Source: Gomphosphaeria aponina SAG 52.96 = DSM 107014
GTDB lineage: Bacteria > Cyanobacteriota > Cyanobacteriia > Cyanobacteriales > Gomphosphaeriaceae
Direction: 5' to 3'
Assembly (NCBI GenBank): GCA_016903655.1
Contig: JADQBC010000002.1
Location: forward strand, 12,078-76,077
Length of the DNA stretch: 64,000 bases
The notes beneath the pieces are model-generated. The model had not been told where the DNA came from. It saw nothing but the letters and a program-made list of their open reading frames with translations, and searched no databases. The translations under genes and the position numbers were made by a program. This document shows, piece after piece, positions 48,068-57,110 of this stretch (position 1 is its first letter; every line of letters starts with the position of its first letter).

Positions 48068-48817
48068 ATGGGAAAAACAAAACTAGCAAAGGTGAGAATA
48101 GTACTGGTGGAACCTGCTGGGGCGCTGAATGTTGGTTCGGTAGCGCGGGTAATGACAAATATGCAGTTGGAGCAGTTGGTGTTGGTAAAACCCCAGTGTG
48201 ATCATTTGGGGGAAGAGGGCCGCAGAATGGCGGTACATGGGGTGGAGGTGTTGAGAAAAGCTGTGGTGGTGGAGTCGCTGGCGGAAGCATTGGTGGGGTG
48301 TGGCAGGGCGATCGCTACTACTGCCAGACCCCGCTCTTTAGCTACTCAGTTGGAAACCCCTCGCACTGCTCTTCCCTGGTTGTTGGGAGAAAATATTGAT
48401 TCTGCTTTGATTTTTGGGCCAGAAGATCGGGGTTTAAGTAACGAAGAGTTAAATTATGGTCAGAGATTTGTGTGTATTCCTGCAAACCCTGTCTATCCTT
48501 CGCTGAATTTGGCGAGTGCGGTTGCTGTTTGTGCTTATGAGTTGGCAATATGTGAGGAAAATGGAGAAAAAAGGGAAAACTTGCCTTTATCTGAACCTCT
48601 GGCGACTTTAGATGCTCTAGAAGGCTATTATGAGCAATTAGAATCAGTTTTGTTGCATATAGGTTATCTCTATCCTCATACGGCAGGGGCGCGGATGGAA
48701 AAATTGCGGCGTTTATTTAATCGAGTATCTCTGAGTGAGCTCGAAGTGGGGATGTTGCGGGGTATTCTGAGTCAGGTTGAGTGGGCAGTGGAGTTTTTAC
48801 ACTCTCGATGGGAATGA
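48068..48817 (+). CDS. SpoU/TrmH-family RNA 2'-O-methyltransferase (TrmJ-like)
   Basis: RIVLVEPAGALNVGSVARVMTNM, ALIFGPEDRGLSNEEL and PSLNLASAVAVCAYEL are SPOUT class motifs. Confidence 0.8.
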   Translation: MGKTKLAKVRIVLVEPAGALNVGSVARVMTNMQLEQLVLVKPQCDHLGEEGRRMAVHGVEVLRKAVVVESLAEALVGCGRAIATTARPRSLATQLETPRTALPWLLGENIDSALIFGPEDRGLSNEELNYGQRFVCIPANPVYPSLNLASAVAVCAYELAICEENGEKRENLPLSEPLATLDALEGYYEQLESVLLHIGYLYPHTAGARMEKLRRLFNRVSLSELEVGMLRGILSQVEWAVEFLHSRWE

Positions 48818-49070
48818 TTGGATTGACGGTGAGGTGATATTGTCTTAACTTTGATACTCATGATTAAATGAGGACTATGATTAGATTTTGGGTCTATTAG
48901 TAACTTTTTTATTTTCAGTATTATTTAGGGGGCATAACTTAAAACTCTACCCTGATCCTAAATTTCATAATTTTAAAAACTCAAATCTTCACCTGCTCAA
49001 GTATCCCTCGACCTGGGAGGGAAGATTAGAGATAATGTTCGATTATGATCACGAAATAGGGGAAACATAG

Positions 49071-50480
49071 ATGAAGGAGGATGGCTTGAATAAACAATCA
49101 GGAGATTCTAATCGACCTAGTTTATTCCCTATATACCAGCCTCCTTCTTCTAGTAATGTTCCCTTTCGGGGGGAGCAAGAATTATTGAGGCCAGATGGTA
49201 ATAATTTAGTAGAATCATACCCGAGAAAAAGAAAAACGGCATCTAAAGTGAATCAGCAACAAGAAAATTTAAGTCAGAATCTGATAGCGGAGACGGTTAG
49301 TGAAAATCCAAAACCAAAGAAAAACAAGTTAAAGGTTGCTAGAGTTACTAAGGTACCTCAGGGAAAGAAGGGGCAGAAGAAAACTTCCCCGCAGCGTTTA
49401 AAGGTGGTGAAGTCACAATCAGTTAGGGACGTTTCTCTCTTGAAAGGGGGAAGTAAAAAAAGTGGTGAGCAGTTAGGATTGTTGAAGATGTTGGTATTTT
49501 ATCCTTTACGGTTGCTGATTTTGGGGGTTGGTATGGGGGCGATCGCTGGGACTGTTTTGGCGAATTATGATTCTACTAAGGTTGGTGTGGCTGAAACTAA
49601 GCCGACGGCGAAAATTGCTTCTGATTTAACTTATAATTCGCCTTCTCCTTTGTCTCTGGGTAAGGAAATTATTCCTCTCAAGGAGAAATTGGTGCAGTTG
49701 GCGGCAAAATATCCCAATCTGACTCCTGGGATTTTTTTTGTGGATCTGGATAATAGTGCTTATGTTTCTATTGCAGGAGATGCTTCTTTTGCTAGTGCCA
49801 GTACGATTAAAATTCCTATTCTGGTTGCTTTTTTTCAGGATGTTGATGCTGGGAAGATTCGTCTGGATCAAATGTTAACTATGACAGAGGAGGTGATGGC
49901 TGATGGTTCTGGAAATATGCAGTATGAAAAACCTGGTACTCAGTTTACTGCTCGGGAAACGGCGGAGAAAATGATTGTTATTAGTGATAATACGGCAACT
50001 AATATGCTGATTGAGCTGTTGGGGGGGGCGGAGGTACTAAATGAGCGGTTTGGGAAGTGGGGGTTACAGAATACTAGAATTAATAATTCACTGCCAGATT
50101 TAGAGGGAACTAATACTACTAGCCCCTGGGATTTGGCTTATGTGTTGACTATGGTAACTCGCGGGGAATTGGTATCTCTGCGCTCCCGCGATCGCTTGCT
50201 AAATATTATGCGAGAAACCCAAACAGATACTTTATTACCTCAAGGGTTAGAAACTGGTGCGGTTATTGCTCATAAAACGGGGGATATTGGGGCGGTATTG
50301 GGGGATGCTGGAATTGTGGATATGGTGAATGGTAAGCGTTACATTGCTGCTGTTTTGGTTAAGCGGCCTCATAATGATTATGCTGCTAAGGAGCTAATTC
50401 AAGAGATTTCTCGTACTGCTTATCAACATTTTAAGTTTTATGATCCTCGTCCTCTTACTCAAGCGGGAGGAGGATCATAA
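49071..50480 (+). CDS. class A beta-lactamase-fold serine hydrolase with long basic N-terminal extension and TM anchor
   Basis: SxxK (ASTIK), SDN (ISDNTATN) and KTG (HKTGDI) occur in the correct order. TM helix LVFYPLRLLILGVGMGAIAGTVL. Confidence 0.8.
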   Translation: MKEDGLNKQSGDSNRPSLFPIYQPPSSSNVPFRGEQELLRPDGNNLVESYPRKRKTASKVNQQQENLSQNLIAETVSENPKPKKNKLKVARVTKVPQGKKGQKKTSPQRLKVVKSQSVRDVSLLKGGSKKSGEQLGLLKMLVFYPLRLLILGVGMGAIAGTVLANYDSTKVGVAETKPTAKIASDLTYNSPSPLSLGKEIIPLKEKLVQLAAKYPNLTPGIFFVDLDNSAYVSIAGDASFASASTIKIPILVAFFQDVDAGKIRLDQMLTMTEEVMADGSGNMQYEKPGTQFTARETAEKMIVISDNTATNMLIELLGGAEVLNERFGKWGLQNTRINNSLPDLEGTNTTSPWDLAYVLTMVTRGELVSLRSRDRLLNIMRETQTDTLLPQGLETGAVIAHKTGDIGAVLGDAGIVDMVNGKRYIAAVLVKRPHNDYAAKELIQEISRTAYQHFKFYDPRPLTQAGGGS

Positions 50481-50499
50481 TTAGGGTGATGGAGATTTT

Positions 50500-51270
50500 T
50501 TATTCATTGGGATCAATGCCTGCAGCTCTTAGCTGATCTGCGAGGCGATCAGCTCTTTGCTTTTCTGTGTCTGCTCTTTGCTTTTCTGTGTCTGCTCTTT
50601 GCTTTTCTGTGTCTGCTCTTTGTCTTTCGCTCTCTACTGACTCTGTACCCCACAATAACATTGTTCCCTGGTCATTCCACCAGCGTAACCAGAAACCTGT
50701 CTTGTTGTCCCTAATTCCTTCCCAGACTCCTAAAAATAAGTTCATTTGCGCAATCAGGTAACGTCCATTGCTATCTGGTGGTTGCAATTTATACTGTTTT
50801 GAGTCATCTAAGGAATATACTTCGAGTCTGCCTTCTCTTGGTTCAAAAATGATGTAGTTGGGAACTTGTAAGATTTGCTCGTAGAAGAACCATTTACCAG
50901 GAGGGTAGGTGGGTTTGCTCGAATATTCCCCGCCTTCTGTGTCGGAGAGAAATTCCATGACGATTACGGGAATTTCTCCCTGTAGCTTTGGAGTATAGCT
51001 ACGGTTAACTTCTTCCTTGGGTACGTGGATTGCCCTCACATAAGCCCAATCTGGGGCTTTGACTACCATTTTACCGTTGACGGTGGCGCAAATGCCATAA
51101 TTAGTGGTGGTGATGGAGTTATCTGGGAGTATGCCTGCTAATTCTAAGCTTTCTTTGAGAGCTGCTGCTAAGATGGGTTGAATTATGTTATCCACTGGAT
51201 CGTCTGGTAAAACAAAATCGTCGGGTAATTTTTCCCATGTTACCTGATAAGTTTCTGTATTTACTACCAT
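50500..51270 (-). CDS. Uma2-family (DUF820) PD-(D/E)xK endonuclease with repetitive C-terminal tail
   Basis: WEKLPDDFVLPDDPVDN...PDWAYV...PVIVMEFLSDTEG is the typical Uma2 layout. The tail is (QRADTEK)x3. Confidence 0.8.
   Translation of the reverse strand: MVVNTETYQVTWEKLPDDFVLPDDPVDNIIQPILAAALKESLELAGILPDNSITTTNYGICATVNGKMVVKAPDWAYVRAIHVPKEEVNRSYTPKLQGEIPVIVMEFLSDTEGGEYSSKPTYPPGKWFFYEQILQVPNYIIFEPREGRLEVYSLDDSKQYKLQPPDSNGRYLIAQMNLFLGVWEGIRDNKTGFWLRWWNDQGTMLLWGTESVESERQRADTEKQRADTEKQRADTEKQRADRLADQLRAAGIDPNE
50551..50633. repeat. 21-bp tandem repeat x4 inside the Uma2 gene
   Basis: ctgctctttgcttttctgtgt is repeated, and the last unit is degenerate. Confidence 0.9.
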
Positions 51271-51345
51271 ATTTCTTGTGATGGTGTAAGGTTTGTGGGG
51301 CGCTGCATCCCTCGCTTTATTTGATTATTTATTATATCCCAAAAA

Positions 51346-51528
51346 TGGTTAATGGTTAATGGTTAATGGTTAAGTAGGTGGACAAAATTATTTACAGAAT
51401 TTCTGTAGGGGCGGGCCAGCGGGATAACCTATGTTGCACCACAAAAATTGATTGTTCAAAACCCGCCCTCACCCATGTAATTAATTTTGTCTAATTACTT
51501 AATAGTTAATGGTTAATGGTTAATGGTT
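51346..51528. repeat. STRR heptamer array (tggttaa)n split by a MITE
   Basis: Four units lie at 51346-51373 and four at 51501-51528, on either side of the 127-bp element. Confidence 0.85.
51373..51499. mobile_element. 127-bp MITE, family A, copy 2 (TA duplication, inserted in a heptamer array)
   Basis: Differs from copy 1 at only a few positions by eye. Flanked by TA at 51371-51372 and 51500-51501. Confidence 0.88.
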
Positions 51529-51587
51529 GCAAAAGTCATAAAAGACAATCAACTATATTAGTCTAAGCTCATTAGTCTAAGCTCACT

Positions 51588-51730
51588 CATCAACCATCAA
51601 CCATCAACTATCAACCATCAACTATCAACCATCAACCATCAACCATCAACCATCAACTATCAACCATCAACCATCAACCATCAACCATCAACCATCAACC
51701 ATCAACCATCAACTATCAACCATCAACCAT
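51588..51730. repeat. STRR heptamer array (catcaac/tatcaac) x about 20
   Basis: 143 bp of uninterrupted 7-nt periodicity. The last 15 nt form the final 4 codons plus stop of the amidase gene. Confidence 0.95.
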
Positions 51731-53464
51731 TAGTTGAAACCATTGACTAATTGCAGCGGCGATCGCCTGCGCTAATTCTTGTTGTTTTTCTTGATTAATA
51801 ATCCATTCAAATTCTTCTGGATTGATGATAAAGCCTAATTCTAATAGTACTGTGGGGGCGCTGTGGGGACGGGTAAGGGCGAGGTTATTCCAAAATACAC
51901 CATAGTCAGGGCGATTAAGTTTTTCTACTAAATATTTTTGGATAAATACTGCTAAATTATGGGCTTGGGGATGATACCAAAAAGCACTGACTCCTGCTGT
52001 ATTAATCCCATCTCCATCATCAGGTAAAGCGTTATAATGAATAGAAAGAGCAATGTCTGGTTTTAGTTGATTAATCATTTCTACTCTGTCTTCTAAAGAT
52101 AGATATTTATCTGTTTCTCTAGTTAGATAAACCATTGCTCCCCGTTGAATTAATGCTTGTTTAAGGAGTTGAGCAACTGCGAGGTTTACGTCTTTTTCTG
52201 GATAGCCTGTTGGCCCTTTTGCTCCTATTTCTTCGCCTCCATGTCCTGGATCTAGTAATATTTTAATGCCGTTTAAGTCTTCTGTAATTGTGGGTGGATG
52301 GCGCAGTGAAAGGATTAAATTTGTGCCTTCATATTTTAGATCATAACCCCATTGTTGCTCTGATTTTAGGTTAAATTTATATTCTATTTGAGTTGGAGTT
52401 ATTTGTTGCCAGTCGAGGCGTTTTATCAATGAGTTTTCATCCATGCGAATGATATCTGTTTGGGCGGTGGTATTATAAAGAGTAAGAGTGAAAGTTTTAT
52501 CTCCTTGTTGTACAGTAATGGGAACGGGAATTTCTAGGGGAAAAATGATTTCTGTTACTCCAGGAAGTTGGCGGGAAGTGATGCTGCGTATAATAGATTT
52601 TGGGGGGATATTATGGGGAATGATTTGAGTTTCTTCTGCTTTGATCCAAGATCCATAATCTAGGCGTAACCATTCTCCTTCTTTGCCTGTTACTGATGCT
52701 CTAGTTCCTTGGGGTAATGGTGTAAGACGTGAATAGTTGGTACTGGGTCCTGTTCTGGTTATGCCTGCAATTTCTGTTATTTCTCTTACTTCTAATTGGG
52801 TGGGGTCAAGAATTTCAATATTCCCCATACTTTCCTGAGTTATTGTTTCCTCTGCTAGGTTTAATTGAAATAATGGTTTTCCCAAAAAACCAGGTTTATT
52901 TATCATGGTACAGCCTTGATATTTTCCTATATTTGATGAGTTTTTAGGTTGATTTTCTGCGGTTAATAAAGCAGAGTTAGGAGGGAGATTTACTGTTGGG
53001 AGTTGGGGTTGTAAAGGGATGGTTTGATTGTTTAAAAGTACTGATACTTGTCCATTGGGGGGTGCAACTGCACTAAAACAAATTAACTCTCCTGGGAGTT
53101 TGGCAATATTTGCGGTTGGGGTGAGAGAGTCTGGGGCAAAAGTTACTTCTGTAGGTATTTTTTGCTCTGGATTTATGCGGGTTATAGTTATAGTAATTTC
53201 CTCGTTTTGATAACGTAAAGTAAAGATATTTTCGCCGATTTCTAGGGGTAAACTTGGGGCAAAATGTCCTGCATTACTGCGTTGAATTGGTTGATTATTA
53301 ATAAATACTGTGTCTTCTGGCGGTGCAGTACCAATAAAGAAGATTTTTTCTGCGGTTGTTTGGTGGTTTGCAGGCGGATAAGCAAGGTTGAGTTGTTGTG
53401 CTTGTGCAATATTAGGGAAAGTCATGAGAGCTGACAGTGCAATTAATCCGATAATTTTGTTCAT
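51716..53464 (-). CDS. N-acetylmuramoyl-L-alanine amidase (Amidase_3) with N-terminal cell-wall-targeting and SH3b-like domains
   Basis: The C-terminal domain has ILLDPGHGGEEIGAKGPTGYPEKDVNL...SIHYNA...LLELGFI. A signal peptide is present. Confidence 0.88.
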   Translation of the reverse strand: MNKIIGLIALSALMTFPNIAQAQQLNLAYPPANHQTTAEKIFFIGTAPPEDTVFINNQPIQRSNAGHFAPSLPLEIGENIFTLRYQNEEITITITRINPEQKIPTEVTFAPDSLTPTANIAKLPGELICFSAVAPPNGQVSVLLNNQTIPLQPQLPTVNLPPNSALLTAENQPKNSSNIGKYQGCTMINKPGFLGKPLFQLNLAEETITQESMGNIEILDPTQLEVREITEIAGITRTGPSTNYSRLTPLPQGTRASVTGKEGEWLRLDYGSWIKAEETQIIPHNIPPKSIIRSITSRQLPGVTEIIFPLEIPVPITVQQGDKTFTLTLYNTTAQTDIIRMDENSLIKRLDWQQITPTQIEYKFNLKSEQQWGYDLKYEGTNLILSLRHPPTITEDLNGIKILLDPGHGGEEIGAKGPTGYPEKDVNLAVAQLLKQALIQRGAMVYLTRETDKYLSLEDRVEMINQLKPDIALSIHYNALPDDGDGINTAGVSAFWYHPQAHNLAVFIQKYLVEKLNRPDYGVFWNNLALTRPHSAPTVLLELGFIINPEEFEWIINQEKQQELAQAIAAAISQWFQLMVDG

Positions 53465-53534
53465 TGATTGTTGATTGTTAATGGAGAATGGAGAATGACC
53501 TTGGGAGTTGCCGAGTAGGGAGTGGGGAGAGGGT

Positions 53535-53565
53535 TAGACCTCAAGCAAGAAGTCTAAACATTAAA
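53535..53565. repeat. dispersed repeat, family C, partial copy
   Basis: tagacctcaagcaagaagtctaaacattaaa matches the 5' part of 47728-47810. Confidence 0.7.
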
Positions 53566-53669
53566 TAGGACTTACGCACCGTAACGAAATAATAAGGCTT
53601 TGAGATTGCTACCTTATCCCTCGCAATGACTTAAAATCGTTCTTTTAGGTATTGAGTGCGTAAGTCCTA
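53566..53669. repeat. 104-bp element bounded by perfect 14-bp inverted repeats, overlapping the GGDEF gene's 3' end
   Basis: taggacttacgcac (53566-53579) pairs with gtgcgtaagtccta (53656-53669). Confidence 0.7.
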
Positions 53670-54606
53670 GTGGTTTGTGTTGAACAACTTTATTGCGACC
53701 AGTATCTTTTGCTTGATAAAGTGCTTCATCAGCACGCTTTAAAACAGCATCAATGGTGGCATCTTTTGGGTCATAGGTTGCTACTCCAATACTTACAGTC
53801 ATTTGCACTTTTTGCTTGTTTACTATTAAAAAAGCTTCAGCAACTAACTTTCTTAGTCGCTCTGCTACTATCATTGCTTCAGGTGTATTTGTTTCTGGAA
53901 GAAAGACAACAAATTCTTCACCTCCCAATCTGCCACAAAAATCGACCTTTCTCAAAGATTCATGAATAGTTTTTGCGACTAATTTAAGAGCTTCATCTCC
54001 TATACTATGTAGATAAGTATTGTTAATTTGTGTAAAATGATCAACATCTATCATCAGTATGGAAAAAGTATGTTTGTCGCGAAAAACCTGGTTTAATTCT
54101 TTTTCTGCTAGGTTGAAAAAATGGCGACGATTGGGCAGATTTGTTAATGGATCGGTTGTGGCTAATTTCTCTAATTCAATCAGGGTTTTTCTCAATTCGT
54201 CTCTGGTATGTTTTAATTCTAAATGAGTGCGCACTCGTGCGAGAAGTTCGGGTTTGTTGAATGGTTTAACAATGTAATCAACTGCCCCTCTTTCAAAAGC
54301 TTGGATTAAATTTTCTTGTTCATTGCTAGCTGTAAGAAAGATGATAGGAATATCTTTATATTCTTCATGGGATTTAATAATCTTGCACACTTCTAAACCA
54401 TTAATATCTGGCATCATTAAATCTAGCAGAATGAGGTCTGGTTTTACAGATTTTACTCGCTCTATAGCCAGGTTACCATTGGTAGCAAAGGTGCTGTCGT
54501 AGCCGATTTTATTCAGTATTGAGCCTACTAATTGTATATTTGTTATGTTGTCATCGACAACTAAAATCAAAAATTTTTCGGGGTTAAACTCTTCCATCTC
54601 AGTCAA
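53614..54606 (-). CDS. response regulator receiver domain fused to a GGDEF diguanylate cyclase
   Basis: REC motifs ILVVDD, DLILLDLMMPDINGLE and KPF. The GGDEF domain has RLGGEEFVVFL and an RxxD-like I-site upstream. Confidence 0.9.
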   Translation of the reverse strand: MTEMEEFNPEKFLILVVDDNITNIQLVGSILNKIGYDSTFATNGNLAIERVKSVKPDLILLDLMMPDINGLEVCKIIKSHEEYKDIPIIFLTASNEQENLIQAFERGAVDYIVKPFNKPELLARVRTHLELKHTRDELRKTLIELEKLATTDPLTNLPNRRHFFNLAEKELNQVFRDKHTFSILMIDVDHFTQINNTYLHSIGDEALKLVAKTIHESLRKVDFCGRLGGEEFVVFLPETNTPEAMIVAERLRKLVAEAFLIVNKQKVQMTVSIGVATYDPKDATIDAVLKRADEALYQAKDTGRNKVVQHKPLGLTHSIPKRTILSHCEG

Positions 54607-55012
54607 AAAAATTGGATATTTTATCGCTATTTCTGGTCATATTTATATTATATCATCTAAACAATTAGCTTGTTTCTGTTAATAATTTGATTACTACTTT
54701 TTGGCTAGGAGAAGCTCTAAGTCAAATTCTTCGATCTGGGTTAACAAAGTATTAGCATAGTTTAATAGTGGGGGGCATTGGTGCTAATGCTAAAAGATGA
54801 TTGATGGGAATAATTAAATGAGGACATTAGATTATGGGAGCAAAGATGATGTTTTTTAGGACAATCTTTTTATGCACACAGCTATGTCCTAATTATCTCT
54901 TTACTTGCTATATATTTTGCATTTATTGTGGTTACAATTAATTTCTGCTTATTGAGTAAGTCGTGTAATTAAATTCAAACAACTTTGTAAGTACTGCTTA
55001 ATTTTCCCACTA

Positions 55013-56212
55013 CTAACTAAGTATCCATTCCAGGTGCTTGGGTAATAGAGTAGCTAAATCATAGTGTTGCAGAATGGTTTCTCGTGCATTAACTCTAGTT
55101 ATTCCCATACCATCTGGACTATCAAGTACTTCTTCCACCCGATCAGCAATATCAAGAGGAGAAAAGAAATCTACGAGTAATCCATTTACTCCATCCTGAA
55201 TGACTTCGGTAACAGCTTCTGTATTAGATGCTACTACTAGACACCCAGCGGACATTGCCTCTAACATAGACCAAGATAAAACAAAAGGATATGTGAGATA
55301 AACATGAACTGTTGATGCTTGCAGCACTTGGAGATAGTCTGGGTAAGGCAGCAGTTCGGTAAAATGTAATCTTGATAAGTCTAAAGGTAGTTTTTCCAGC
55401 ATTAAATCCTTATAAGTCTTGCCATCTGGCAGTTGCTTTCCGTATGCTACCCTGTCTCTACCCACAACTACCACATGACAATGGGGTCTTCTTTGCTGAA
55501 GTATGGCTACTGCTTCCATAAATTGAGGAAAACCCCGATAGGGTTCCATGCCTCTAGCTACATAAGTAATTATTTCCGTTGCTTGAGATAAATCTAATTT
55601 CAGCTTTGGTAACACTAATTTTGCCCCAGGTCTCGGGACAAAAAAATTGGTGTCAATCCCATCATGGTGAACAAGTATTTTGCTGTGATACTCAGGAGGA
55701 AACTGCTGAATCTGCCAAAAAGTGGGAGATAAGCCGCGATCGCAACTATATAAATCTGTCAAAATTGGGGTATTCTTAATGCGAATGCGGGCCTCATCAT
55801 CAGCACTGAGAGGCTCTTTTGAGTCAAAGTCTGCATCTGTCCCATGTGCCTTGTAAAACCATTCAAAATAACATAATAATTTAGCCTTTGGTAAAGCATC
55901 CTTAATAAATAAAGTTGGCCCCCAACCAGAATGACCATAAACTATATCAGGATATATCTCATCAGCTTTTAATTTTTCCACCATTCTATAGACTGCTTGA
56001 CCTTGAAGCACAGCGTTTTCCAAGGTACGAACGTAATGGTGAGTTTCAGGGCGAGCTTCACGGGACATTCCATACATAACTTTGTTCACTCCAGGAAGTT
56101 GACCTTCCTGGCGGTTAGTCCCGAAAATGACATGATGCCCTTCTCTGGCTAAAGCTACAGCTAGGTGGCGAAACTGGGCGGGAAAATTGGGGTGCAAAAA
56201 TAGAATCTTCAT
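55013..56212 (-). CDS. GT4-family (GT-B fold) glycosyltransferase
   Basis: MKILFLHPNFPAQFRHLA at the N-terminus. The C-terminal EAMSAGCLVVASN...E.I.DG.NGLLVD matches the EX7E region. Confidence 0.8.
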   Translation of the reverse strand: MKILFLHPNFPAQFRHLAVALAREGHHVIFGTNRQEGQLPGVNKVMYGMSREARPETHHYVRTLENAVLQGQAVYRMVEKLKADEIYPDIVYGHSGWGPTLFIKDALPKAKLLCYFEWFYKAHGTDADFDSKEPLSADDEARIRIKNTPILTDLYSCDRGLSPTFWQIQQFPPEYHSKILVHHDGIDTNFFVPRPGAKLVLPKLKLDLSQATEIITYVARGMEPYRGFPQFMEAVAILQQRRPHCHVVVVGRDRVAYGKQLPDGKTYKDLMLEKLPLDLSRLHFTELLPYPDYLQVLQASTVHVYLTYPFVLSWSMLEAMSAGCLVVASNTEAVTEVIQDGVNGLLVDFFSPLDIADRVEEVLDSPDGMGITRVNARETILQHYDLATLLPKHLEWILS

Positions 56213-56590
56213 CTTATTTATTAATGATTTGTTTTTTAGATTTTTCCCAGGATTTAACCTGATTTTGCGGTGCGCAAGGGCGCAGTCAAAGCGTCGATAA
56301 CTTCACAAAAACTAATCAAGAAGCTTAGGTTCACTAATTAATTCATACTTACATATTTTTAGCTCAATTTCAAGCCCCCACCACCTCTTTTGAAATCTTA
56401 TGTCATCTGATATAATCTTATTTTACCTTGAAGATTAGGGTACAAGTAGCAAGTCAAACAAAGTGAACTAGGTAGTAAAAATCAATTTTCAAGCCGCAAC
56501 CAGCAAATTTTCGATTTATCTTGTTCTCAATTGTGCTTAATCTCGTCTTACCGAAATCTTTATCTAATTCTGTCCACCTTGTCAAACTTG

Positions 56591-56923
56591 TCAAAAACAA
56601 GGCACACTGTCATCAGCGAAACTGTTGTCAAAGTCGCTAACTGTGACAAACCCTCCTTCTTGACAGCAGTCTTGAGCAAAAATCAAGTCATCTTCTGTCG
56701 CATTAAAATCCGCTGATGAGTTTTCTAAAGAATAGGTGATTAATAAATCATTCCCATAAAGAATGTATTCTTTAATAGATTCTGTTTTGGTTTTTGTGAT
56801 AACGTAGTTTTTAAACATCTTAATTTTCCCCCTTTTTTTCATTCGTTTGAAGAACCAGCAGATGCAGTAAAGATCTTTTTCCCTCCTGCTCAAAATTTTG
56901 GTTCTCTTTCTATTTTTCCCCAT
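56591..56923 (-). CDS. hypothetical small protein (110 aa, or 75 aa from the internal ATG at 56818)
   Basis: ORF only. A basic N-terminal stretch is followed by an acidic Cys-containing tail. No recognisable motif. Confidence 0.3.
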   Translation of the reverse strand: MGKNRKRTKILSRREKDLYCICWFFKRMKKRGKIKMFKNYVITKTKTESIKEYILYGNDLLITYSLENSSADFNATEDDLIFAQDCCQEGGFVTVSDFDNSFADDSVPCF

Positions 56924-57110
56924 TTAAGTCTGTTGATGCTCTAAAAACTATATTTTGTAATAAAACTTTGCATTTTGGGTGTAACTTTTGCTGGGCATCT
57001 TTTTGAGTTAGCTAAATTTTGCTCCTCAAAAATCTAAATTAATGCTTAAAATTTTCTTCCTTAGAACCTTACTTTTATGTTCTCAAAAAAGTCAATCACT
57101 AAACTCCCTT

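Noticed and set aside
48024-48290. 88-aa Pro-rich minus-strand ORF
   Set aside because: It is antisense to the well-supported SpoU/TrmH methyltransferase gene and has low-complexity composition.
54607-56590. Large non-coding gaps (54607-55012, 56213-56590) screened for RNase P RNA, tmRNA, SRP RNA, 6S RNA or riboswitch signatures
   Set aside because: None of the conserved motifs I could recall was found by eye (e.g. GAGGAAAGTCC of RNase P RNA, the tmRNA tag region, the SRP GGAA tetraloop context, the B12 box). A covariance-model scan would be needed to exclude them properly.
56591-56923. Idea that the small ORF is a RiPP or bacteriocin precursor (…DCCQEGG/FVTVSDFDNSFADDSVPCF resembles a double-glycine leader followed by a core)
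   Set aside because: No maturation enzymes, peptidase-domain ABC exporter or additional precursor copies are nearby, and the leader does not resemble Nif11/NHLP types. It is kept only as a low-confidence hypothetical CDS.
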